This document shows positions 39,631 to 48,867 of a stretch of 64,000 bases of DNA, one piece after another. The notes beneath the pieces were generated by a model. It searched no databases. It was not told the origin of the DNA and was given only the letters and a program-made list of their open reading frames with translations. The translations under genes and the position numbers were made by a program. Position 1 is the stretch's first letter. Each line of letters begins with the position of its first letter. Location: IMG/VR virus record IMGVR_UViG_3300031953_000001. One strand, given 5' to 3'. Origin of the DNA: a virus. Lineage: Duplodnaviria > Caudoviricetes.

Positions 39631-40455
39631 TTATTCGGTGGCCAAGGCACCGGCGGCTTCGATCGAGGCTTGCAATTGCTCGATCATGAACGTGTGGGTG
39701 GCGTAGAACTCTACCTCTTGAGCCATGACGAAACTGACCTTGGCCAACTCGGAAATGCTAACACCGGAGGCGGCGTAGGTCTCTGGGTCGGACTCCATAC
39801 GTTGCAGGAGCTTATCCAAATGCTCGCTGATCGTTTTCACCAAGTCCAGTACCGTCTTCCGCGGGACCCGAGCCAGACGTTCTACCAGATCGTTGTACTC
39901 ACTGGCAATTTTAGGCCATTCCGCTTGACGGGTGATCAGATCCCCGTACGGACGGCGTTCGGCACCATCGCGAGAGAAGTCTTTGGCGATCAAGTCGCGG
40001 ATCGACTCTATGTCGTGAGTAACCACCTTATCCACTATTTTGGATTCACGTTGGGACTGCAAAGTCGAGGGGTCGGTGAGTAGTACAGCTAAGTGCTTCT
40101 CAAACGGTTCAAGGGTCTCTTGAATCAACCCGTCTACAGCGTCCTGAGCCTTATTGAGCGTGCTTAAGTGTTTAAGGTACGTGGTAGCCAGGCCTTTGGG
40201 AACCATCACTGGGGTGCGTCTGAGCAGCATGTAGTTGGATTTCTTAGACAGCTGATAGTGTTTGCTTTCGTTCAGCAGGTCCAGCTCCACGTCAACGTCG
40301 CTCAGCGAGTTGGAAACGAACTCGGTGACTTTGCTGAAATACGCCGGAAGTTTCTGTCGGAGGTAGTCAAAAGAACCCCGAAACGACAGAGCCTCGGTAG
40401 TCAATTCCAGTGCTGCTTGTTCAAGAACGCCCAGGTCGATGGGTTGCTCAGACAT
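39631..40455 (-). CDS. hypothetical protein (probable virion protein, phiKZ-like)
   Basis: 274-aa helical ORF divergent from UvsX. Confidence 0.6.
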   Translation of the reverse strand: MSEQPIDLGVLEQAALELTTEALSFRGSFDYLRQKLPAYFSKVTEFVSNSLSDVDVELDLLNESKHYQLSKKSNYMLLRRTPVMVPKGLATTYLKHLSTLNKAQDAVDGLIQETLEPFEKHLAVLLTDPSTLQSQRESKIVDKVVTHDIESIRDLIAKDFSRDGAERRPYGDLITRQAEWPKIASEYNDLVERLARVPRKTVLDLVKTISEHLDKLLQRMESDPETYAASGVSISELAKVSFVMAQEVEFYATHTFMIEQLQASIEAAGALATE

Positions 40456-40586
40456 AAGTTACTCCGATTATACTCGAAAGGTTGGATACGGTTCATAAAA
40501 TTTAACGGTACTCGGCTATGGTTTGACCTGAAGCATCGCACTTAGCCGCGGTATCTACAACGAACATACCATTTTAGGAGTCTTAC

Positions 40587-42041
40587 ATGACAGGCTTTAC
40601 TCCTGCCCCACACATTCGCCCTCGGCCTTGCCTTGGTTCCCTGATGGACATTCCCGCAGGCCGTTACCACAAAGGTAAACTGGGCGATATGATTTTGAAT
40701 GGGGGATTCAGTAATTTCGTTGGCATTGGCGGACGAGGCAACACTTTCAAGACAGCATTAGGATTGTCCAACGCACTGACCGTCTTGGACCGATACACCA
40801 ACGCTGAGCTGGTGGTGTACGATGCAGAGATCACGTTTGCGTGGGACCGCATTGAAGACATGTGCGCACGGTATCGAAACATTGACTGGGCCGAAGCAGC
40901 CGATGCGGGACGTATCGTTCTGACGTCAGCGGCAGAGCACAGCGGCAATGCTTGGTGGCAGCTTATTCGGGATCAAGCCGAAGAGCGTGTTAAACAAATG
41001 AAGAAGATGAAGACCAACACGCCGTTCATCGATCGACAAGGCACTCCCATCAAAGCCTTCCCCCCGATGATCCATTTCCTGGACTCTATGAGTCAGCTGC
41101 AAACGGACGCCGTGGAAGAGATTTATAAGAAGCACGAAATCGACGCAGGTGCCGCCAACACCGACGCCCTTAGAGGGGCGGCGATCAAGACGCGTCTGGT
41201 CATGCAAGTTCCTCAAGTCACGTCGGGTGCGGGCATGACGCTGATTGCCACCGCCCACGTGGGCGATGAGATGAAGCTGGACCCTTACGCCCCCGCCAAG
41301 CAACAGTTGGCGTTCTTGAAGAAAGGCTTGAAGTTTAAGAACTGCCCGGAGAAGTTTACCTTCTTGACCTCAAACTGCTGGGTCGTCTCTGATGCCTCGC
41401 CGTTGTTGAACAAGAGCACCAAGTCGCCTGAGTACCCACTGCCGGGTATGAACGATGCGGTAGGCGATACCGATCTACAAGAGCTGACGGTCATTAACGT
41501 GCGCTCCAAGTCAGGACCCACAGGACACACCTTTAAACTGATCATCTCTCAAACCGAAGGACTGCTCTCAAGTCTGAGTGAGTTCCACTACCTTAAGTCT
41601 AGGAAAGACAAGTTCGGACTGGAAGGTCCTGAGGGCGTGACTAAAGACTATCGATTGATCCTGTACCCAGAGCCAATTCTTAAACGGACTAAGGTGCGCG
41701 ACACCATCGATGAGCTCCCACGTCTGCGACGGGCTTTGGAAATCACGTCGGAACTAGGCCAGATCTATGACTACTGGCCGGATTTCCCAAGAGACGATGT
41801 GGTGCAGCCAAAAGCGCTGTACGACAAATTAACGGCACAAGGATACGATTGGGACGTGTTGTTGGACACCCGTGGGTATTGGACGTTCGACCATTACGAA
41901 AACGAAGTCCACCCACTGTCCACCATGGACCTGATCAACATGTATCATGAGCGGTACATCCCGTTCTGGTACCCCGACAAAGACAAATTGAAAGTCACAC
42001 TAAAACCAAATGGTGATACCGATGGCGAGATCAACGCGTGA
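40587..42041 (+). CDS. uvsX: UvsX/RecA-like recombinase (phiKZ gp152-like)
   Basis: P-loop GRGNTFKT, Walker B IHFLDS, LIATAH; position in phiKZ-like gene order. Confidence 0.8.
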   Translation: MTGFTPAPHIRPRPCLGSLMDIPAGRYHKGKLGDMILNGGFSNFVGIGGRGNTFKTALGLSNALTVLDRYTNAELVVYDAEITFAWDRIEDMCARYRNIDWAEAADAGRIVLTSAAEHSGNAWWQLIRDQAEERVKQMKKMKTNTPFIDRQGTPIKAFPPMIHFLDSMSQLQTDAVEEIYKKHEIDAGAANTDALRGAAIKTRLVMQVPQVTSGAGMTLIATAHVGDEMKLDPYAPAKQQLAFLKKGLKFKNCPEKFTFLTSNCWVVSDASPLLNKSTKSPEYPLPGMNDAVGDTDLQELTVINVRSKSGPTGHTFKLIISQTEGLLSSLSEFHYLKSRKDKFGLEGPEGVTKDYRLILYPEPILKRTKVRDTIDELPRLRRALEITSELGQIYDYWPDFPRDDVVQPKALYDKLTAQGYDWDVLLDTRGYWTFDHYENEVHPLSTMDLINMYHERYIPFWYPDKDKLKVTLKPNGDTDGEINA

Positions 42042-42360
42042 TCTAGCGGCAGAGTTGTTTGCTCTGCTGGGTTCACGCTCACCCGATCATGCGGAGCGTT
42101 GGAAAGCGCTCTTCATCAACCGACACCCGTGGTGGACAACTGGTCCACTGCCGGATGTAAGCATTCAGATTCGTGAGATCAATGAGTTTTGGCGTGTGCA
42201 GTTAGGTATGCTCCTGGGAGACACCTTGCACGCTCGGAGTTGCATTGTAGACAACCTGGAGCCAGATGTGTGGCTGGGTAACTTCAAACGTTACGTCATG
42301 GAGGCTGTATTATACGAACCATTACCCAACCAGCGGTGGCAAGGACATTGCTGCGCGTAA
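42022..42360 (+). CDS. hypothetical protein
   Basis: Overlaps the UvsX stop; about 112 aa. Confidence 0.55.
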   Translation: MARSTRDLAAELFALLGSRSPDHAERWKALFINRHPWWTTGPLPDVSIQIREINEFWRVQLGMLLGDTLHARSCIVDNLEPDVWLGNFKRYVMEAVLYEPLPNQRWQGHCCA

Positions 42361-42767
42361 TCGTGGCGGGTTCACGGACGGTGAAGGATTATCTTTACGT
42401 TCGTGATCGCCTCTTAACGTTTGTGCGAGATCATCCGGATTGTGAGATTGTGTGGGTGAGCGGTATGGCCGCCGAAGGTCCCGATGACATGGCGTATCAC
42501 TTCGCGCGCTGGGACATGCCCGGTCAGTGGGTTGAGATGGCCGCGGATTGGGATTCTTACGGCAAAAGCGCAGGCTACATCCGCAACGCCGAAATGGCTA
42601 AGTTGGCCGATGAACTGCTGTTGTTCTGGGACGGGCGCTCTAACGGCTCCCGCCACATGCGTGAGACCATGAACAAACAAGGTAAGCCGGTTACCACTCA
42701 CGTGCTGGACGTAACCACGTCTGAAGGCGACTTTGAGATCTTCGACTTTAGGACCATTGCCCTGTAA
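42336..42767 (+). CDS. SLOG family (DUF2493/YspA-like) protein
   Basis: VIVAGSR, VSGMA.EGPD, GKSAGYIRNAEM, LFWDGRSNGSRHM. Confidence 0.8.
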   Translation: MARTLLRVIVAGSRTVKDYLYVRDRLLTFVRDHPDCEIVWVSGMAAEGPDDMAYHFARWDMPGQWVEMAADWDSYGKSAGYIRNAEMAKLADELLLFWDGRSNGSRHMRETMNKQGKPVTTHVLDVTTSEGDFEIFDFRTIAL

Positions 42768-42879
42768 CTGTCCGAGTTCGCTCGGGTGGTTGCAGGGCCT
42801 TATGGCGTCTGTGATGATCGTTATCCTATGTCAGTTTCCATGCACACACGCCACGGCCAGCGACCTAGGGTAAAGTTAT

Positions 42880-43959
42880 ATGAGCACTATATCAGATCTT
42901 AATATCAAACGCGATGAGTTGAACGCAGCCATCAACGACTACAAGCAAGCGGTCGGCGACTTTGCCGCCAGCACCATCACACAGCAAGCCTTGAATGATG
43001 CTAAAGCGTTGGCTATTTTAACGGGTGATGAGTATGCTAAGCTGATCTCTCAAGTCAAGCAAGACGATCCCAACGTGACCAACGACGATCAGCTGTTCAG
43101 TCGTCCGTCGGCGATGAACGCCCTGGTAAGAGACGACGTGGCGGTCATCCTGACCACCGGGTCATTCTTTGGGTCTGGCCTGAAGCTTTTAATCGACACC
43201 GAAGCCACCACCGTCGGGGCCACCAACGTTGTCCTGCCTTTCGCCGTAGGCAGTGATGTCACCATCGAGTGGGGAGACGCAACCGCGCGTCAGTCGTTCA
43301 CAGGCGCCGCCAGCCACAACTACGCCACGCCTGGGCAGTATGAAATTCAGATCATCGGTACGGTGAATGGGTTTACCGCCCCAGCAGTGATCGATCGTCG
43401 TACCATCAAAGATGTTCTACAGTGGGGAAATGTTGAGTTTCAGTCCACAGAGCTTATGTTCCGCGACCGTACGGGCTTTGTGATCTCAGCTTCGGATTTC
43501 CCACGCTTCCTACCCGGCGCCTTCATGCGAGCGATGTTTGAGAACGCCAGTGACTTCAATAGCAACATCGAACACTGGGACACGAGTAACGTAGTGGACA
43601 TGATGAGGGTATTTAAAGGAAATACCGTGTTCAACCAACCGTTGAATGCATGGGAGGTGGGTAACGTTATTAACATGGATGAAATGTTTCGGCTGGCTCT
43701 CGCGTTCAATCAAAACATCAACGACTGGGACGTCGGTAAGGTTGAGCGGATGAGACTGATGTTTATGGACACGGATTCCTACAGTCAAGGCATGTCCCGT
43801 TGGAACACAGAATCGGCCGTTGAGATGACCGGCATGTTCCGTAACGCGGGTGTGTTTAACGAGAATCTGTCTTCGTGGAATGTGAGTAACGTCCTTTACT
43901 ACACTCAGTTCAGCGATGGTACTCCTATGTTTACATCGAATTTACCTAACTTCCAATAA
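42880..43959 (+). CDS. DUF285/BspA-type repeat protein (5 repeats), copy 3
   Basis: Shared anchor GDEYAKLISQVKQDDP; 5 repeats. Confidence 0.85.
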   Translation: MSTISDLNIKRDELNAAINDYKQAVGDFAASTITQQALNDAKALAILTGDEYAKLISQVKQDDPNVTNDDQLFSRPSAMNALVRDDVAVILTTGSFFGSGLKLLIDTEATTVGATNVVLPFAVGSDVTIEWGDATARQSFTGAASHNYATPGQYEIQIIGTVNGFTAPAVIDRRTIKDVLQWGNVEFQSTELMFRDRTGFVISASDFPRFLPGAFMRAMFENASDFNSNIEHWDTSNVVDMMRVFKGNTVFNQPLNAWEVGNVINMDEMFRLALAFNQNINDWDVGKVERMRLMFMDTDSYSQGMSRWNTESAVEMTGMFRNAGVFNENLSSWNVSNVLYYTQFSDGTPMFTSNLPNFQ

Positions 43960-43967
43960 CCGAATAA

Positions 43968-43989
43968 GAGGAGGCCCAAAGGCCTCCTC
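43968..43989 (+). terminator. terminator hairpin shared with DUF285 copies 1 and 2
   Basis: GAGGAGGCC-CAAA-GGCCTCCTC followed by TGTTTGTTT. Confidence 0.75.
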
Positions 43990-44035
43990 TGTTTGTTTCA
44001 TCCATTAAGAATACGCAACTAGGAAATCGATCGTC

Positions 44036-45193
44036 ATGGCGACTTTACAAGACTTAGACTTAAAGCGGGTTGAACTCAACAGCGCGATTAACGATTACAA
44101 GCAAGCGGTGGTGGATTTCAGAAACGCCACAAACACCCAAGGTGACGTAGACGCCGCTAAAGCCTTAGCCGTCACCAAAGGCGATGAGTACGCTAAGCTG
44201 ATCTCTCAAGTCAAGCAAGACGATCCCAACGTGACCAACGATGATCAGCTGTTCAGCCGCCCTGCGGCCATGAACGCCTTGGTGCGGGACGATGTGGCGA
44301 CCATCGTTCGTACCGGACGCCTGTTTGGCGACGGCATGAAGCTTTTAATCGACACCGAAGGCAACGCGGCTAACGCCACCAACGTCATCCTGTCCTTTGC
44401 CACAGGCAGTGCGATTGATGTGGATTGGGGCGATGGCAGCAACATTCAGGCGTTTACAGGTGCAGCCAGCCACAATTACGCCATTCCAGGACAGTACACT
44501 GTCGAGGTTCACGGCACCGTCAACGGTTTCACCTCACCGCTGGTGGAGAGTCGTCAACAACTTAAGGATGTGATGCAGTGGGGTGAGCTGGAATTTGCCA
44601 ATGCGAACCTCATGTTCCGATCTCGCACTGGGTTTGTGATCAGCGCAGCCGATGGTCCGACCTTCTTACCCGGATGTTCGTGCACGACTATGTTTTATGG
44701 GGCATCTGACTTTAACTCAAACATCAATCATTGGGATGTGAGCAACGTTGTCGATATGGCCTCAATGTTCGCCTCAACCGACGCTTTCAATCAACCCTTG
44801 AATTTGTGGAATGTGGGTAACGTTGTCAATATGGCCTCAATGTTCTACTATGCCAGCTTATTCAATCAGCCCTTGAACAGCTGGAACGTGTCGAAAGTAA
44901 CGAATTTCGCATCCATGTTCAGAGACGCCGCGGCCTTTAATCAGCCGTTGAGTCCTTGGGTCGTTTCTTCAGCAGTAGACATGAGGGCCATGTTTATGTA
45001 CGCCAGCGCCTTCAATCAGAATCTGGGCCCCTGGAATGTGAGTAATGTCATCACCCTGTTCCGCATGTTCTACAAAGCCACGGTGTTCAACAAGAACATC
45101 GCCGCTTGGAACGTGAGTAGCGTTACAGATACTAATAGTTACAATGATTTTGCGTATCTATCGAGTTTGGCCGGTAGCAACTCGCCGTTTTAA
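44036..45193 (+). CDS. DUF285/BspA-type repeat protein (6 repeats), copy 4
   Basis: Shared anchor; 6 repeats. Confidence 0.85.
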   Translation: MATLQDLDLKRVELNSAINDYKQAVVDFRNATNTQGDVDAAKALAVTKGDEYAKLISQVKQDDPNVTNDDQLFSRPAAMNALVRDDVATIVRTGRLFGDGMKLLIDTEGNAANATNVILSFATGSAIDVDWGDGSNIQAFTGAASHNYAIPGQYTVEVHGTVNGFTSPLVESRQQLKDVMQWGELEFANANLMFRSRTGFVISAADGPTFLPGCSCTTMFYGASDFNSNINHWDVSNVVDMASMFASTDAFNQPLNLWNVGNVVNMASMFYYASLFNQPLNSWNVSKVTNFASMFRDAAAFNQPLSPWVVSSAVDMRAMFMYASAFNQNLGPWNVSNVITLFRMFYKATVFNKNIAAWNVSSVTDTNSYNDFAYLSSLAGSNSPF

Positions 45194-45220
45194 CGCATAA
45201 CGACGGGACATTCAGCCACG

Positions 45221-45250
45221 AGGGAGACCTTCGGGTCTCCCTTTATTTTG
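45221..45250 (+). terminator. intrinsic terminator
   Basis: AGGGAGACC-TTCG-GGTCTCCCT followed by TTATTTTG. Confidence 0.85.
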
Positions 45251-45298
45251 CAATCACTATGACCCATAGGGTGAGACTAACCGTTACGGGAGAGCACT

Positions 45299-45967
45299 AT
45301 GAATGCGGCGCGTAAAGAAGCCACCGACTACGCGATTAAATTGCTCAGTAAATTCGCCGGTAAGAACGAATCGGTTGCCGAGATGCAAACGATGTTGGAC
45401 GCTTTAAGCGATGAGCGGTTTGATGCGTACATGCAACAACTGGCCAGTGGGGATGAGGTCTTGTCCTACATAGTGCCGAACCTGGGTACAGTGCGATTGA
45501 GTGTGGATACGAACCTGAAGATTGCGGAAGAACTGAAGCACGAGTTCTTTGAGCGCTTGTGGTTGACCGATCCCGCCACAGGTCAGACCTATCTTACCCC
45601 AGAGAAATATCTGATCATCGATTTGCCGTTGAAACGTTTGGCGCAGCATCTGCACAAGAAGATCTCGATTCCCGAAGACAACACCCACATCGACGAACTG
45701 ACCGGGCAAGCCACAGGCAACTCCAAAGGCAGCGGCTTGTCGTTCCCAGAGTTGCAGATCATGTACTCTCACGGACTAGAGAACGCCATACGTGAGTTGT
45801 TCAAGTTTCGGGGGGGTGATACTGAGGCCTACAAATCGCTAACCCGAGAGATCCTCTCCGGCGGCCTGCCCAGTATGGACGCGGTTGACACGGGTGAAAC
45901 TCGAGCCCGTTCCACAGACGTATTGCAAATTCTGTTGAAGTCCGCGCACCTCGACAACAATCTGTAA
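45299..45967 (+). CDS. virion RNA polymerase beta subunit, C-terminal part (phiKZ gp149-like)
   Basis: LTGQATGNSKGSGLSFPEL...ELFKFRGGD aligns by eye with the RpoB TGQP..GG.RFGEME...ELLTVKSDD region. Confidence 0.75.
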   Translation: MNAARKEATDYAIKLLSKFAGKNESVAEMQTMLDALSDERFDAYMQQLASGDEVLSYIVPNLGTVRLSVDTNLKIAEELKHEFFERLWLTDPATGQTYLTPEKYLIIDLPLKRLAQHLHKKISIPEDNTHIDELTGQATGNSKGSGLSFPELQIMYSHGLENAIRELFKFRGGDTEAYKSLTREILSGGLPSMDAVDTGETRARSTDVLQILLKSAHLDNNL

Positions 45968-46002
45968 TACTACAATAACGATAAAGATCTAGGAGCAGTA
46001 CC

Positions 46003-46596
46003 GTGCTTAATATTCCACAAATCAACCACATTAAGACCACCGCTAAAGAACTGTTTGTGCAGTCCTACCTGACCCCCATTCATCTTCGCAGTAGCTCTGA
46101 GATGATGGTCACTAATCCGGAGTTGGTAGAAGCCATCATGTCCGTGGTGGGCGATGCAGGTATGATCTACCTGTCTGTCTGGGAAAACGTCAGTGGGCTT
46201 TGGGCCAAGTTTCGGGAACAGGATGACGCTGGGGTGTGTCAGTGGTTGCTGCAGGCCGCCACGACGTTTCGAATCTTAGCCTTCACCAATGGAAACGAGT
46301 ATCAGAATTGGGTTGAACATCTGGTGTCCAGCTATTGCTCGCACGCAGTAGCGTCGGGTAGCGTAGGACAGTCCAGTCAGAAAGAGCTGGAAGAAGCCGT
46401 GGCCATTGACGATGAGTACGCCGATCGTATTCCTCGGGCAACAGAGTACCGTGCGTTGATGTACGCCAATCCTTGGTTTGTGTACTTGGCGTCGTTGCAG
46501 TTGAGTTACCATGAAATCTATTCTGAAATACTCACCTCCCAGTTCACCGATGACTTGAAGTCACAACTGACCGGTTCACGAGGAGTTCCCCAATGA
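46003..46596 (+). CDS. hypothetical protein
   Basis: GTG start with AGGAG SD. Confidence 0.6.
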   Translation: MLNIPQINHIKTTAKELFVQSYLTPIHLRSSSEMMVTNPELVEAIMSVVGDAGMIYLSVWENVSGLWAKFREQDDAGVCQWLLQAATTFRILAFTNGNEYQNWVEHLVSSYCSHAVASGSVGQSSQKELEEAVAIDDEYADRIPRATEYRALMYANPWFVYLASLQLSYHEIYSEILTSQFTDDLKSQLTGSRGVPQ

Positions 46597-46985
46597 CCCA
46601 AGTCCTGACCAACCATTTTGACGCGGTGATCTCTGTGTTGTTGTCCGATCCGTTTAACGATTGGGAGCAGTGGCGTGCGGTGGAAACGGGGAGAGACTCG
46701 TTATGTGTCAACCCCCGTGACTTGCACGACAGTCTGGATGAGTTCCGAGGGAAGTTTGACGTTGCCATCGTCGACCACATGTCATACGTGGGCCATAAGC
46801 TCATGCGCGATGTGAACAAAGGCGATGTGGGTGCCACTAGAGGCTTTCAGAGGTGCTTAACGCGCTGGTGTGAGATGCCCTACTTTACCCGTACACCGGA
46901 ACCGATCACCCACAGTGAATTGAACGCCGTCTTCTTTCGCTATCCGTGGTTCTTTTATCTGTTGTTCACGGACCCTGCGTTATGA
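46593..46985 (+). CDS. hypothetical protein
   Basis: ATGA overlaps at both ends. Confidence 0.55.
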   Translation: MTQVLTNHFDAVISVLLSDPFNDWEQWRAVETGRDSLCVNPRDLHDSLDEFRGKFDVAIVDHMSYVGHKLMRDVNKGDVGATRGFQRCLTRWCEMPYFTRTPEPITHSELNAVFFRYPWFFYLLFTDPAL

Positions 46986-47686
46986 AGCGCCGGTTGTATG
47001 TGGAGTTGGATGGACTGCTGGACACGCGCTTGGCCACGTTGATCCTACTGGATGAGGCCGAAGCTGCCAAAGCGTTGGACTTAGGGTACCGGACCCGATT
47101 GAGCGACGATTGGGTCAAGTTGGGACTTGCGGTGGATCAGGCGACTTACGATGAACGGTATCGACTCCGTGATCGAAAGACGCTTCAAGCCGCGCGTCCC
47201 ACCGGCATTGTACCCATGGTGCATCAGTTGGTAGGGGCCTTGGGAAAGATGGCTGACAACACCCCGTTTGTCGAAGCGGTGACCTTGGACATCAACTTCT
47301 GGCCTTACCAAGTCAGCGAAGCCGAGCGGCAGGAGATTCTAACAGCGGTGAGTTTCTCGGTGGGGGGGACTGTACAGATCGATTCAGTCTACTTCTCTCC
47401 TGGGGAGTTGTCGCCCAAACTCATCGAGCAGTGCTGGGATGGGGTGATCGTGTACGACTTCAACCGCTGGCTGGTGGAGAATGAGGAGAAACTCAAGACC
47501 GATCGCATGCCGTCGGTGGCGTTCATTGCCCCAACGCTCTACGCCAATCGCGAACCCACCGACAAAGAGACTTACGTTGAGGAGATGGGCGAGGTCTCGC
47601 CGTTTGCGGCTTTGGAGGCGGTGTTGGTGGAATACTTGATGTTGCATATGACCGATACCGAGTACTTCAGCTTTGTAAAGGTCTGA
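46982..47686 (+). CDS. hypothetical protein
   Basis: Start moved to ATG 46982 (ATGA overlap). Confidence 0.6.
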   Translation: MKRRLYVELDGLLDTRLATLILLDEAEAAKALDLGYRTRLSDDWVKLGLAVDQATYDERYRLRDRKTLQAARPTGIVPMVHQLVGALGKMADNTPFVEAVTLDINFWPYQVSEAERQEILTAVSFSVGGTVQIDSVYFSPGELSPKLIEQCWDGVIVYDFNRWLVENEEKLKTDRMPSVAFIAPTLYANREPTDKETYVEEMGEVSPFAALEAVLVEYLMLHMTDTEYFSFVKV

Positions 47687-47694
47687 CGGCATAA

Positions 47695-47715
47695 GGGGAG
47701 GCCACTGGCCTCCCC
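47695..47715. terminator. bidirectional terminator
   Basis: GGGGAGGCC-ACT-GGCCTCCCC between convergent genes. Confidence 0.7.
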
Positions 47716-47770
47716 GTTATGCTCCCTGCCGTTGCTGTAACAGTTTACATAGGACAGCGATCTTATAGCA

Positions 47771-48235
47771 CTATTTTGATTCCATACGCTCTAGAAATTC
47801 CTTCGAGGTCTCCTGACGCACACCGATGTCGGTTTCCCCATCGCCGACGTTGGTCTCAGGGATCTCACCGAGAGCGGGGGTAGGAATGCGGTCGACTTCT
47901 TCTCCTGGAGTGACGGACAAACCGCGAGGGTTGATCTGAGCCAAACGCTCAACCAACTCTTGCACGGCTTTACCGCTGGCGGTGTTCTCACGATCCACGT
48001 CCAACTTCAGTCGGTTAACGGAGGTCTGATCCATGTCGTGCAAGGCTTGCAGTAATACTTGTCGATCGGCCTTGTCCTCAGGCAGGCCTCTGGTGGTCAT
48101 GGACTTGACCAGATTCTTACGTACCCCTTGAGAATACCGCAACAGACCTTCAGCGCTTAAGTCTTCGTCTGAATCGATTTCATCGCCCGGTGGTTTGTTG
48201 GGGATAAACTCACCCTCGTACTCGTGCTCGCTCAT
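47771..48235 (-). CDS. hypothetical acidic protein
   Basis: GGAGG SD; 154 aa. Confidence 0.6.
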   Translation of the reverse strand: MSEHEYEGEFIPNKPPGDEIDSDEDLSAEGLLRYSQGVRKNLVKSMTTRGLPEDKADRQVLLQALHDMDQTSVNRLKLDVDRENTASGKAVQELVERLAQINPRGLSVTPGEEVDRIPTPALGEIPETNVGDGETDIGVRQETSKEFLERMESK

Positions 48236-48288
48236 GCGTAACCTCCAAATAGTTTCAGGGATATATCATCCAAAGGTAGCTTCCAGGA

Positions 48289-48852
48289 ATGATCCAATGG
48301 ATTACTCGAATGTTAAAAGATATGTACTATCGTTATCGGTACAATCGTCTGTTGCTGTTCGAAACAAACCCGCAGAGTCGATGTCTGCAGCTGTTAGAAC
48401 GGTATCATCGATTGTGTCGTATAGTCTCATTTAATAAGGTCGCCTACCGACGCCGTATTCGGTATTCGGTCTCCACCAAAACCCGTCACTTAGGAGAGTT
48501 ACTGGATCTCTTAGACACCGTCTTAAAACACGTTGAAGTCCGTTCTATCGATCTGGATACCCTAGCAATTCGGTACGTCGATCGAGAACAGCGTTCGGTA
48601 GACATGTGGTTGGTGAACAAAAACCAAGTCGCCTACGCGGAAGACCAAGCGGTGGTGGAGTTGATCCAACGTACGGACTTACTGATTCAAGGGGTCGGTG
48701 ATTTTAAGAAGAACAAACCGTCGCTGTACACGTACTATAATCAAAACATGCAGTTCGTCTTGTACGACGTCTTAGAAGTACTGGATGCCTTGCTAGCGAT
48801 GCAACTGTCGGTGGATCGAGTCTGTACAATAAAAACCCTGACCGGCCACTGA
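48289..48852 (+). CDS. hypothetical protein
   Basis: 187-aa ORF. Confidence 0.55.
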   Translation: MIQWITRMLKDMYYRYRYNRLLLFETNPQSRCLQLLERYHRLCRIVSFNKVAYRRRIRYSVSTKTRHLGELLDLLDTVLKHVEVRSIDLDTLAIRYVDREQRSVDMWLVNKNQVAYAEDQAVVELIQRTDLLIQGVGDFKKNKPSLYTYYNQNMQFVLYDVLEVLDALLAMQLSVDRVCTIKTLTGH

Positions 48853-48867
48853 TTGAACCTTTAGGAG

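Noticed and set aside
22807-45193. Diversity-generating retroelement behind the DUF285 paralogs
   Set aside because: No reverse transcriptase in the window and no template/variable pair differing only at adenines was seen.
46982-47686. HAD-like phosphatase (LYVELDGLLD)
   Set aside because: Only a partial motif I with no convincing motifs II-IV; left as hypothetical.
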